A stretch of DNA of 61,417 nucleotides, filler included, from an uncultured bacterium (lineage in GTDB: Bacteria; Hinthialibacterota; Hinthialibacteria; Hinthialibacterales; Hinthialibacteraceae), in the NCBI GenBank assembly GCA_964449065.1. It is 22 parts of 22 records of this genome, joined end to end, with 100 filler letters (N's around TTAATTAATTAA, not from the genome) between each part and the next. Parts side by side here need not be neighbours in the genome. Positions count along the whole stretch, not along the records: positions 50,931 to 53,507 come from CAYVAZ010000511.1; positions 53,608 to 56,171 come from CAYVAZ010000512.1; positions 56,272 to 58,800 come from CAYVAZ010000513.1; positions 58,901 to 61,417 come from CAYVAZ010000514.1; 18 more parts are not named here. One strand, given 5' to 3'. The notes beneath the pieces are model-generated. The model worked only from the letters and a program-made list of their open reading frames with translations. It was not told where the DNA came from and made no database searches. Shown one piece after another: positions 51,441 through 60,947 of the stretch (positions are counted from its first letter, which is position 1; every line of letters begins with the position of its first letter). A program made the position numbers and the translations under genes.

Positions 51441-53291
51441 CTACCTTAACTTAGACGCGGTTCTGGTGCAGACCCGTTTGACGTATTCATAGTTATCATT
51501 TTTGCCGGCGTGTTGAATAACATCCAACACCGGGCCGGCTTTTTCTCCCATGTTTTCGAGACCCATGGCCGCGTAGTGGCGGGTGGATTCATTGTTGGAA
51601 TGCTTCAGCAATGAGACGAATTTGTCCCGCGAAGGTTCATGCTTGCCGATGCCTTCAGCGGCCCAGGCTGCTGCCAGCTGCACCAGTTCGGAATCATCCT
51701 TTAACGCCCGCAGAATGCGTTCTTCTTCTTGGGCGGCTTCTTTTCCCATTTTGGCGAATTCCATCAGCGTTTGATAGCGGATCAACTCGCGTTCGTCATT
51801 CAGATGGTTTTGCAGCGATTCGAGGTAGAAGTTGCCGTAATTGCCTTTGCCCCATAGCGATTGAATATCTATTGCCAACTGCTGCTGTTTTTCATCCCGC
51901 ATGATGGCGTAAAAGCTGTCATAGTTGTTGTGGATTTCGGCTAAGTAGGGTTCCGGGAACCGCCCCATATCCAATGTGGTTTCTTCCCATTTCCGCAAGG
52001 TTTTTTGCAGGGAAAGCAGCGTGGTTTGATGATCCGGCGATTCGGCCAAGTTGTGCAGTTCGTAGGGATCGTTTTTCAGATCGTACAGTTCAATTTCCGG
52101 GCGTGTGGGTAAGAACGGTTTGGCCTGCGCTTCGTTGAGTTTACCTTCTTCATACAACTTGCGCATGGTTTGCATGATGGCTTTGCCGTCTTTGTAGCGG
52201 TTGGCCTGCGCGTGCGGACGTTCGTGATAGTAATTGCGGATATATTTGAAGCGCTTGGTGCGCACGGCGCGGATGCGTTCGACGGTTTCATCGCAGCGGT
52301 CGCGGGCGGAAACCACATAACCGCGCGGGGATTGGGTGGTGTTGACCAACGGGCGGCCTTGCAGATGTTCGGGCACGGGAATGCCGCAGAGTTGCAGGGA
52401 TGTGTAAGGGATATCGATGTGCTCGACCAAGTCATCTTTGACGAGGTTGGATTCGATTCCCGGCCCGCGAATGATCAGTGGGATGTGCATGCCTTCTTCG
52501 TAGACAAACTGTTTGCCGCGGACGTGGCTGATGCCGTGGTCGGTCCAAAAGAAGATGTAGGTGTTCCCGAGTTCTCCTTCGTCTTTCAGCGCTTGGATGA
52601 TGCCTTTGACTTCTTCATCCACATGCAAAACGGAATTGAGGTACTTCGCCCAATCTTCGCGCAGCACGGGGTGATCGGCGTAGTAGGGCGGCAGTTTGAC
52701 ATCGGCCGGATCGACGGGATTGTTTACCTTGGCGCCGCGGTTTTTGCCGCCGCGCAGTTGAAATTGTGCAAAGAAAGGCTGACCGGGTTGGCGGCCGCGC
52801 CAGTCGAAGCCGTGGTATACGTCGCGGTCGAATTCAAAGTTGTAATCGGTTTTTCCCTTTTTGGTCGGCTTGCCCGGGTTGAGTGAAAGCATGTCACCGT
52901 TGGAGACGTAATAGCCCGCTTCTTTAAAGTATTCGGGGATGAGGCGCATGTGCGACGGCAGTTTGATTTTGACATCATGCCGGGATGAACGGTGGTTGTG
53001 CGCGCCGATGGTGGTTTGGTACATGCCGGTGATCATGGCGCAACGGCTGGGCGAACACACCGGGCAGGTGACGACGGCGTTGGTGAAGCGGGTGCCGTCT
53101 TGGGCCAATTGATCGATGTTGGGGGTTTGGATGGTGGTCTCGCCGTAGCAGCTCATGTGGGCGGACATGTCTTCGACACATATCCAAACCACGTTGGGTT
53201 TCTTTTGGGCGGATGCATGGTTGGCAAGAAGCGCGGATGCCGATGCGGCGGCGGTGGATTTGATAAAGTTTCTGCGTGTGATATTGTTCAT
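51441..53291 (-). CDS. Sulfatase (Cys-type, Tat) with C-terminal HEAT repeats
   Basis: TRRNF, CSPSR, DHG, ARDRCDE, ELYDL..DP; helical repeat tail. Confidence 0.92.
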   Translation of the reverse strand: MNNITRRNFIKSTAAASASALLANHASAQKKPNVVWICVEDMSAHMSCYGETTIQTPNIDQLAQDGTRFTNAVVTCPVCSPSRCAMITGMYQTTIGAHNHRSSRHDVKIKLPSHMRLIPEYFKEAGYYVSNGDMLSLNPGKPTKKGKTDYNFEFDRDVYHGFDWRGRQPGQPFFAQFQLRGGKNRGAKVNNPVDPADVKLPPYYADHPVLREDWAKYLNSVLHVDEEVKGIIQALKDEGELGNTYIFFWTDHGISHVRGKQFVYEEGMHIPLIIRGPGIESNLVKDDLVEHIDIPYTSLQLCGIPVPEHLQGRPLVNTTQSPRGYVVSARDRCDETVERIRAVRTKRFKYIRNYYHERPHAQANRYKDGKAIMQTMRKLYEEGKLNEAQAKPFLPTRPEIELYDLKNDPYELHNLAESPDHQTTLLSLQKTLRKWEETTLDMGRFPEPYLAEIHNNYDSFYAIMRDEKQQQLAIDIQSLWGKGNYGNFYLESLQNHLNDERELIRYQTLMEFAKMGKEAAQEEERILRALKDDSELVQLAAAWAAEGIGKHEPSRDKFVSLLKHSNNESTRHYAAMGLENMGEKAGPVLDVIQHAGKNDNYEYVKRVCTRTASKLR

Positions 53292-53376
53292 GATGATGGT
53301 CCCCAATTTTGATTTCGATCTCTTAGGGTAAGGCAGAATGGGTGGTTTTTGAAGATGCAGATGCTATTCAAACTAA

Positions 53377-53479
53377 TACAGCGTCAACGTTTTATTGACG
53401 GGTGTCGATCCCCCCTACCCCCCTTATCAAGGGGGGGGAACAACGGATTGCCAGCCGTCATTCTTTGATTGACAGAGTA
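53377..53479. mobile_element. 103-bp MITE-like element with TAC...GTCAA ends and a central REP hairpin
   Basis: CTAA|TACAGCGTCAA ... TTGACAGAGTA|CTAG. The left arm recurs at 39849-39900 and a right end near 48707-48721. Confidence 0.6.
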
Positions 53480-53824
53480 CTAGAGATGATTACCCGGTCA
53501 TTTCTTCNNNNNNNNNNNNNNNNNNNNNNNNNNNNNNNNNNNNNNNNNNNNTTAATTAATTAANNNNNNNNNNNNNNNNNNNNNNNNNNNNNNNNNNNNN
53601 NNNNNNNTACAGTCGATGGCAAAACTTATACAGGATTTAATTCAGCTTATGATGCCAAATAACTTACTAAAAACAACGACCTTCTAAAAAGGATGAGTAG
53701 GTGACACTATACTAACTCGACTTGTATCAAGTTAAGACGCACAACAAACAATTAATATTCTTTTTTCTATCCTTGTGATAAAATAGAGATAGTCATTTAA
53801 CAGACAAACGTAGGGGGAAATAAT

Positions 53825-56104
53825 ATGAAATCTTTTTTAAATAGACAATATTTTTTTGTTTTACCTGTTTTCATTCTTGTTATGAGTTCCCTCTTTGTTT
53901 TTTATCAAAACTGTGGCTCTGCTTTTGAAGTGGCTGAACTCGATCTTGAAGAAAACTCCTTTGATTTTTTTGATCCTTCCAGCACAGCAGATCAAACCTT
54001 TTTACTCAATGAAGATTCTCTTTCATTATTTAAAGCTGAAAACCTTTTGTCTTCAAATTCATCTTTGTTAAACAACGTTAGCGATCTTAAAGCTCATGGA
54101 CAACAATCTGTTTTGCTCAGTCAAACAGCACACGAAAAATCAATTTTATCTTTACAGTTAGATAATAAAAATTTAATTCCCTTTTCTGTTTTTGTTCGAA
54201 TTAAAAACATTTACAACCAAGATTCAAAATTACGCCTTAATATTTACGAAGCTCAAAGTAAAAAACTCCTCAAAGAAGATGTATTCTCATTTCAGACCCA
54301 TCATTTATTTGAATGGTTTTTAATCGATGATTTAAATATCCAAGAAAGCCTAACTCCTCTACTGAAAGTCACGTCTTCTAGGTTTTTAATCGATGATTTA
54401 AATATCCAAAAAGGCCTTTTTGAAATTGAAATTGAACCTTTAACAGAAGGTTTAAGTATAGATCTAATTGCATTAAATAGTAAGATTGAATCTCAAAGTG
54501 AAACATTAAATCGACTTGACGCCATCGATAGCGCTTTTATTGAAAATCAAACGCCAGACACTTCTCCAACCATTGTCCCAACGTCAACGCCCATGCCGAC
54601 AGTCGCCCCGACACCAACCCCTAAACCGACAGTCGTCCCAACGTCAACGCCCATGCCAACAGTCGCCCCGACACCAACCCCTAAACCGACAGTCGTCCCA
54701 ACGTCAACGCCTACTACACAGCCAACCACGATTCCCACGGGAACGACAAAGATGAAGTCTGCACTTTATGAGGGACGAGTAAAAGGATACAGTAACTTAG
54801 TTAGAGGTGGAAATTACTTTTCATTCAAAACAAATGGAACTCAACCGGACTCTGCAAAACTTAGCATGAAGGTTCTATATAAAATACCCTTAAGTGGCGA
54901 TCCAACCGACAATGCGCGAGGTGAAGTAAAACCCATAGATGTTGATGGTGATGGAGTCAATGAGTTATTTCATTATTCGGCTCATAAAATTGCTAGAGTT
55001 TTTAAACTGAATGGTCAAAAACTTTGGGAAAAAACAGGACCTACTGGTGCCCACTATGAAAATAATTTTACTCATGCCTCAATACATGGTGTTTTTGATT
55101 TTAATAGAGATGGCAAAGAGGAAATTTTACAGTGTTGGGAAAATAAAGTTGGCCAAACCATGATTCAAATTCTTGAAGGAAAAACTGGAAAAATCATTAA
55201 AGAAGTCTTGAGTCAAACTGGAGTCAAAGGCGGTCGACAAGACGGATGTCATTTAGCAGTTTTTCAATTTGAAGACCAAATAGATCCCATTATTTTAGTT
55301 GCTGAACCAAACAAAAATACAACTTGTGGCCACAAATATATGGGCTACTTATCTAAAATTGCAGCCTATGACAAAAACCTAAAAAGACTTTGGGAAAAAG
55401 AAACTTGTGAGGCTGGACATTATTTTTGGCCACTTGATGAAAATCAAAATGGGAAACCCGAACTCGTGTTTGCTGGAAAATATGCTATAAGCTCAAATGG
55501 TCAGATTCAATGTACCCTGTCTGAATTTAAAGCGGATCATGTAGATTCTATGAATATAGCAGACATTGACACAGACAGAACAGGTCATGAATTAGTCGCG
55601 GTTGGTAACAGTGGTACCTATTTTTATACAGCTAAAAATTGTAAGCTTATTAAAAAAATCGATAAAAATATAGTTTATGATCCTCAAACTGTATCACTGG
55701 GAGACTTTGATCCCAGACGCAAGGGACTTGAAATTGCTATACGCCAAAGACCAAGCGCTCCAGATCGTTATTTGTACTTTTTAGATTCTTCTGGACGTAT
55801 TTTAAGTAAATTTTCGGAGTTTAAAAATAGAGCCGCAAAAATGCCTATTTTTAATGCTAATTTTGATGGGCGCGGTGGTGATGAACTTTTGACGAGACAT
55901 GGTTACGTGATTGGATTATTGGGAGAAATTCGATTGGATACTTCGTGGTATTGGAATATTGATTCGTTTGTCGGAGAAGAAGCAAAGCTTCATGATAACG
56001 ACAAATGGGCCACAGAACCTATTGCTTATGATATTGATAATGATGGAAAAGATGAACTGATCGTCTGGGGTCTACGTTGGTTGGTGGTCGGAAAAGCTCA
56101 GTAA
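53825..56104 (+). CDS. Secreted or lipoprotein with PT linker and FG-GAP-like beta-propeller (PL11-like C-terminus)
   Basis: FYQNCG leader, PTPT repeats, DVDGDG / DFNRDGK / DIDNDGKDEL, HVDS. Confidence 0.7.
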   Translation: MKSFLNRQYFFVLPVFILVMSSLFVFYQNCGSAFEVAELDLEENSFDFFDPSSTADQTFLLNEDSLSLFKAENLLSSNSSLLNNVSDLKAHGQQSVLLSQTAHEKSILSLQLDNKNLIPFSVFVRIKNIYNQDSKLRLNIYEAQSKKLLKEDVFSFQTHHLFEWFLIDDLNIQESLTPLLKVTSSRFLIDDLNIQKGLFEIEIEPLTEGLSIDLIALNSKIESQSETLNRLDAIDSAFIENQTPDTSPTIVPTSTPMPTVAPTPTPKPTVVPTSTPMPTVAPTPTPKPTVVPTSTPTTQPTTIPTGTTKMKSALYEGRVKGYSNLVRGGNYFSFKTNGTQPDSAKLSMKVLYKIPLSGDPTDNARGEVKPIDVDGDGVNELFHYSAHKIARVFKLNGQKLWEKTGPTGAHYENNFTHASIHGVFDFNRDGKEEILQCWENKVGQTMIQILEGKTGKIIKEVLSQTGVKGGRQDGCHLAVFQFEDQIDPIILVAEPNKNTTCGHKYMGYLSKIAAYDKNLKRLWEKETCEAGHYFWPLDENQNGKPELVFAGKYAISSNGQIQCTLSEFKADHVDSMNIADIDTDRTGHELVAVGNSGTYFYTAKNCKLIKKIDKNIVYDPQTVSLGDFDPRRKGLEIAIRQRPSAPDRYLYFLDSSGRILSKFSEFKNRAAKMPIFNANFDGRGGDELLTRHGYVIGLLGEIRLDTSWYWNIDSFVGEEAKLHDNDKWATEPIAYDIDNDGKDELIVWGLRWLVVGKAQ
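54571..54712 (+). repeat. Intragenic 60-bp tandem repeat encoding the Pro/Thr linker
   Basis: VPTSTPMPTVAPTPTPKPTV x2 plus a partial third unit. Confidence 0.9.
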
Positions 56105-56368
56105 TGTAAAGACGACTAAGTGTATTGGTTGATTTTGTAAGGCACTTTTTTACTGGTCTAGTTTATCTTTANNNNNNNNNNNNNNNNNNNNNNNNNNNNN
56201 NNNNNNNNNNNNNNNTTAATTAATTAANNNNNNNNNNNNNNNNNNNNNNNNNNNNNNNNNNNNNNNNNNNNGTCCCTCTCCCAGTGGGCGAGGGCGATAG
56301 TTTCAGCGAACGATTAGAAAAACGAGTATATCATAATGTAGTGCGTAACGTGAGCTCCTTAATTAACC

Positions 56369-58186
56369 TTATGGCGCGGTATCCCCAACGCCCAACTCTT
56401 CAACAGCAATGACCGTGCCCGGTGTCAGTTGGAAGAGTTCAAAGTTATCAAAATAAACCGTCACTTGTTGATCTCCGCTTGATGCCACTTGCAGCAACGG
56501 GAACAGTGAATTCGTCGGCGCTTTAAACACCAATGATAGCCGCTTATACGCCCCGGCAAATACGGAACTATCCGCCGGATTGGTGAGCGAAACCGTATTG
56601 TCCCCGGCGTCAATCCCCGCCAAGGCTATGGATGCTCCCGCCCCGGTCGAACGCACACTCACGCGCATCATCACCGGATAATTGCCTTCCAACGCGGTAA
56701 ACGGCCCCAAAAAGGTGATTGCTTCGCCTGCGTTAACCGTTGCCGCGATTCCCCTGCCGTTGGTTGCGCCGTCAAATGCGTTGTCAGTAGGTATTGTCCC
56801 GATGTTGAAATTCGCTTTGACAAAATCTCCAGAGAAGGGCAGCGAATCGGCAAAACCGTCGTTCGCCAGCAAGGGTCCGTCAAACCGCGCGGAAACCATC
56901 GGCACCAGCATATCCGCGGGCGGCAAAGTCGGCTGTGCCGATGCCGGCGTGTTGGTCGGGGTTGGCAGTGCCTGACGCGGGGTGTTGGTGGGCGGAACGG
57001 CGGGAACCGGGGTGTTGGTCGGAGGAACGGGTACAGGAGTGAATGTGTTGGTCGGCTGCTGTGGTCGCGGAGTGGCCTCTGCTAACAACGGCGGGGTATT
57101 GGTCGGTGTCGGGGTATTCGTAGGTGTCGGCGTGTTGGTCGGTACAATCGGTGTGGATGTCGGCCGGGCTTGTTCGCCTTTTGGCCCATGCTCAAACACC
57201 GCCAAACTGCCGCTTTCTGCAAGAAAGACGTATCCATCATACGCGATGACATCTTCAGCCGTTCCATTATCAATACCGGGAATCTCGTTCTCTAAAATTT
57301 GCCGGGGATTGTTGATATCTTCAATATCAACAATCCGCAAACCGCCGGGCTGAGGCAAATCAAAAATACTGAGCGATGGGAAATTTAAGGCCGCCAAATA
57401 GACAAACTTCTGCCGTAAATCCACGCCAAACATTTGATTGTCACCGGGCAAAAAGGTGCGGTTAATGAGTTCAGGCTGATCGGGATTGGATAGGTCATAC
57501 AGTGCCAGCCCTTCAATATCCTCCGCCACTGCCATGATTCCATCTTCAATGTCTAATCCGTTGTTAAAGTCTGGTGTTTCGAACTCTGTATTAATCGAGA
57601 TATTGGCCGGGTCGGTAATATCCAGGATGTAGATCACAAAATCACCTGCCGCATACAATCGGCTGCCCACATTGATCATTTCAAATATATCTGAATTTAA
57701 CTCCAATATGCCAACTTGCAGAGGCTCGTTGTTTGCATCGAGTTGAATGGAAATAATACGCTCACCCACCGCAGCAAAAGCGGTTTCACCAACAACATGA
57801 ATGTCATTTACCAAACCGCCATCTGCATCGGCCAGGCGCGCTACGATTTCAACCGGGTTGTTCTTATCGCTGATATCGACTGCAATCAAATTGGGTTCGG
57901 TGCCGCGGGTATCCAGCCCCAAAAGGGCTACATCCCCCATCACCGATATGGCCTGTACGCCTTTGTCGGTAGACAGCCGGCCTATTTGAACTGGATTGCC
58001 GCCATTGGTGATGTCATAAATCGTAAAGTTATCCTGGCCGCCGGTATAGAGATAAGGCGCTTCCAGATGCAGCACAAACACGCTGCGGCCGTCCAACCGC
58101 ACCTCCGGCTGAATCATTTGCGTTTGTGCCATGATTGGGGATAGCGACAAACACATAAGGCTTGCAAGTAATATGAAACGCTTCAT
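56369..58186 (-). CDS. Secreted LVIVD-repeat beta-propeller protein with PT linker and C-terminal beta domain
   Basis: Signal peptide; IYDIT, AVDIS, ILDIT, RIVDI repeats; PTNTP repeats. Confidence 0.82.
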   Translation of the reverse strand: MKRFILLASLMCLSLSPIMAQTQMIQPEVRLDGRSVFVLHLEAPYLYTGGQDNFTIYDITNGGNPVQIGRLSTDKGVQAISVMGDVALLGLDTRGTEPNLIAVDISDKNNPVEIVARLADADGGLVNDIHVVGETAFAAVGERIISIQLDANNEPLQVGILELNSDIFEMINVGSRLYAAGDFVIYILDITDPANISINTEFETPDFNNGLDIEDGIMAVAEDIEGLALYDLSNPDQPELINRTFLPGDNQMFGVDLRQKFVYLAALNFPSLSIFDLPQPGGLRIVDIEDINNPRQILENEIPGIDNGTAEDVIAYDGYVFLAESGSLAVFEHGPKGEQARPTSTPIVPTNTPTPTNTPTPTNTPPLLAEATPRPQQPTNTFTPVPVPPTNTPVPAVPPTNTPRQALPTPTNTPASAQPTLPPADMLVPMVSARFDGPLLANDGFADSLPFSGDFVKANFNIGTIPTDNAFDGATNGRGIAATVNAGEAITFLGPFTALEGNYPVMMRVSVRSTGAGASIALAGIDAGDNTVSLTNPADSSVFAGAYKRLSLVFKAPTNSLFPLLQVASSGDQQVTVYFDNFELFQLTPGTVIAVEELGVGDTAP

Positions 58187-58221
58187 TGTTTCCTCCTTCA
58201 GTTGAACACAACTCTACTATC

Positions 58222-58737
58222 TTACCTTGGATTCATCAGCATTTGAATCGGTTCGGTGGGGATTTTGATTTTATCCCCCGCTTTTACCCCGTTCTGTTCA
58301 AACCAACCCTGGTTCATTTCCAGCGCGTACAGCGATTTGTATTTGGATTGATAGTGTTTGGTTGGCGTGATATTGCCTTGCTGCGGCTGCATTTTTTCGA
58401 TATTGCCGATGACGCCGTCTTCACGGATAAACGCGATGGATAAGGGGATTGTGGTGTTCTTCATCCAAAAACTCATGTACTTGGGCTGGGAATACACAAA
58501 CAGCATCCCATGATTTTCCGGCATCGATTCACGGAACATCAGCCCCCGCGACTGCGCGGCGAATGAAACCGCCACTTCCGCTTTCACCTCCACCCCGTTG
58601 ATATTCAGCGTTATAGTAGGCAGAGATTCAATGGCGTTTTCCGGCATGGGGGATGACTGTTCACTCTCAGGCGAACAGGATAAGAAAATCAAAGGGAATA
58701 TGTAAATTAAAAGACAAATCCGTTTCATATCAATCAC
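58222..58737 (-). CDS. DUF192 lipoprotein
   Basis: FLSC lipobox, RGLMFR, GMLF, FWMKNT.IPL, ALE. Confidence 0.9.
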   Translation of the reverse strand: MIDMKRICLLIYIFPLIFLSCSPESEQSSPMPENAIESLPTITLNINGVEVKAEVAVSFAAQSRGLMFRESMPENHGMLFVYSQPKYMSFWMKNTTIPLSIAFIREDGVIGNIEKMQPQQGNITPTKHYQSKYKSLYALEMNQGWFEQNGVKAGDKIKIPTEPIQMLMNPR

Positions 58738-58900
58738 TTCTTATAATCTCACGTTACGCACTACATTATGATATGCCCGTTTTTCTCATCGTTCGCTGAA
58801 NNNNNNNNNNNNNNNNNNNNNNNNNNNNNNNNNNNNNNNNNNNNTTAATTAATTAANNNNNNNNNNNNNNNNNNNNNNNNNNNNNNNNNNNNNNNNNNNN

Positions 58901-60112
58901 TTGGCTATGACCATCATGCTTCGCGAGCGATCCGAGATTGATTTTGTTGATTTGAGGGGAAAGACAATTAACGAATTTTACTTGGACAACCTTGATCTAC
59001 CTCAAAATGATGTAGCTGCAAAAAGAGTAGTCGATTTGTTGGATCGAATTATCGACCTTCCGAAATTTGCGAGCCTTAAAGATGGGGGGCCGATGAATTT
59101 CCTATTAGCCTTTCACTTTGCGATGCTGGTAGACGCACTTGATCATGGAAATTATAAAAATGGATGGAAGAAATCCATCGTAGAAGCTTTTCTCGCATTC
59201 AAACAGGAGGTTACAGCCGCTCGCCAGCATCACCGTGATACCAGAGAGTCACTGCCTCATTATGAAAGATTCGCAAGGCTGCTGTCGGGCTCTGGCTCTG
59301 ACACTGCAGAAGTGATTAGGATCAGGCACGCTTTCATGCTCTCTGAGCTCTACCCAAAGATTCATGTTGTTCCCAAAGATCCGAATCGGGGATTTGATTC
59401 GCTTGAACGAGAGGTTATTTGGAACAGAGACAGAGGACAGTGCCAGAACCCCAATTGCAGTCGCCCGGAGCGGAAAGTGGCATTTAAGGAGGCACATCTC
59501 CATCATATCATCGAACATAGTTATGGTGGTAGGACGACGCTCAAAAACGGCGTATTGATGTGTCCAGAGTGTCATGTGAACCGTTCGTCTATGCAAGGTC
59601 TAACCCAGCATTTCCAAGACTATATCACCCGTGTTTATAGTAAGCTACAAGGGGACATATTTGAGACAAATTCGACTGATCAACCTACTGATGGTTCCGA
59701 GGATGAGTCATTGACCGGTAGAGATGGAATTAAGATCACAATTAATTGGGGAGCACTAGATATTGATCGGCCCATTGAAGTTATCCGAAAATCAAATGAC
59801 ACTGAAACAATTGTTGAGCTACTTCGGCTATTGCTTGAAGTATTTAAGAAGCCCATGCGCGACCAACTTACCGAGCTCCCGATAGTGAGATTTCCACTCT
59901 CCACCAATCCAATGACTGATTTTCTCAACAGAGCACAAAACAAACCCTATAGCTATACCCAGATTCCCGGAACGGATCTTTACTTTTGTCCACACTCGCA
60001 ACGCTCTCAGAAGGTGGAAAGGCTGCGAGCACTTTTATCTAGGCTTACCCTACCTGATGGAGGGGAGTTTCCTTATGACTGTGTCACTATAATGATTGAG
60101 AATACTGAGTGA
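58901..60112 (+). CDS. HNH endonuclease multidomain protein (5' truncated), integron cassette
   Basis: R.F...REVIWNRDRGQC..C...HHIIEHSYGGRT.LKNG.LMCPECH. Confidence 0.85.
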   Translation: MAMTIMLRERSEIDFVDLRGKTINEFYLDNLDLPQNDVAAKRVVDLLDRIIDLPKFASLKDGGPMNFLLAFHFAMLVDALDHGNYKNGWKKSIVEAFLAFKQEVTAARQHHRDTRESLPHYERFARLLSGSGSDTAEVIRIRHAFMLSELYPKIHVVPKDPNRGFDSLEREVIWNRDRGQCQNPNCSRPERKVAFKEAHLHHIIEHSYGGRTTLKNGVLMCPECHVNRSSMQGLTQHFQDYITRVYSKLQGDIFETNSTDQPTDGSEDESLTGRDGIKITINWGALDIDRPIEVIRKSNDTETIVELLRLLLEVFKKPMRDQLTELPIVRFPLSTNPMTDFLNRAQNKPYSYTQIPGTDLYFCPHSQRSQKVERLRALLSRLTLPDGGEFPYDCVTIMIENTE

Positions 60113-60135
60113 TACTGAAAGCTATAACACACAAT

Positions 60136-60197
<62 letters not shown>

Positions 60198-60205
60198 AAG
60201 AAAAA

Positions 60206-60239
60206 TTGACAATACGTGCACATTGACTAATTTACACGT
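60206..60239 (+). promoter_or_regulatory. Cassette-internal promoter/operator of the TA pair
   Basis: TTGACA-16 nt-TAATTT, 7 nt before ATG 60241; inverted repeat ACGTG...CACGT. Confidence 0.55.
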
Positions 60240-60240
60240 C

Positions 60241-60483
60241 ATGCAAACAAAACTTACTCTTCGAATGGAAGAAGCACTGATTCGCAAAGCGAAACGGCTT
60301 GCTCAGAGGAAAGGAACGTCGGTGTCGAAAATTTTTGGTGATTACATCAAGAATGAATTTGACGAAAGTTTAGACGAAGAACTTCCTCCGATAACACTGT
60401 CAATGATCGGAGTATTAAAAAATAGTCCTATCGAAATTAACGAAGAATCTTATCATAAACATCTGGAAGAAAAGTATTTATGA
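60241..60483 (+). CDS. RHH-type antitoxin (DUF6364-like); likely start 60241
   Basis: MQTKLTLRMEE.LI..AK..A...GTSVS...HLEEKY. Confidence 0.82.
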   Translation: MQTKLTLRMEEALIRKAKRLAQRKGTSVSKIFGDYIKNEFDESLDEELPPITLSMIGVLKNSPIEINEESYHKHLEEKYL

Positions 60484-60896
60484 AAGTATTAATTGATACC
60501 AATGTAATTCTGGATGTTTGGTTGGCTAGGGAACCATTCTGGAGAGATTCTGCATCGCTCATTGGAAAAATAGAAAAGAAAGAACTTGAAGGAATTGTAG
60601 CTCCTACCACGATCACAACGCTTCACTACCTCGGAAAGAAAGTATTGGGAGAAGATAAAGCACGTCAGTTATTGGAACGCCTTTTGGAGATTTGCAAAGT
60701 GGGCAGTATTTCCTCGAAGACGTTCAAGCAGGCACTCAAAAGCAAAATCACAGATTTTGAAGATGCCGTAATCGAAGCAGTTTCAGAATCAAGCAAAGTC
60801 GAGCTTATCGCGACGCGGAACATCAAAGATTTTAGACACTCAATAATTCCCGCAATGGAACCTTCTCAAATAATCAAAGGAGAACAAATCAGTTGA
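60480..60896 (+). CDS. PIN-domain toxin
   Basis: VLIDTNVILD, DFEDAV, ATRNIKDF. Confidence 0.9.
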   Translation: MKVLIDTNVILDVWLAREPFWRDSASLIGKIEKKELEGIVAPTTITTLHYLGKKVLGEDKARQLLERLLEICKVGSISSKTFKQALKSKITDFEDAVIEAVSESSKVELIATRNIKDFRHSIIPAMEPSQIIKGEQIS

Positions 60897-60947
60897 TGTA
60901 ACCGCTAATCGCTCCGCTCGTGACGGCACATCACTTCGACGTTCTGA
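60879..60947 (+). mobile_element. attC site 2 (69 bp)
   Basis: Inverse core GGAGAAC is the exact complement of the preceding core GTTCTCC. AG-T-TGATGT pairs with ACATCA-CT; core GTTCTGA. Confidence 0.82.

Noticed and set aside
54315..54409. Mini CRISPR (29-bp repeat, 37-bp spacer)
   Set aside because: Only two copies, inside an intact ORF and in frame, with no leader or cas genes.
2842..58900. Regularly spaced TTAATTAATTAA palindromes as a biological repeat array
   Set aside because: They are always embedded in fixed-length N runs, so they are an assembly concatenation linker.
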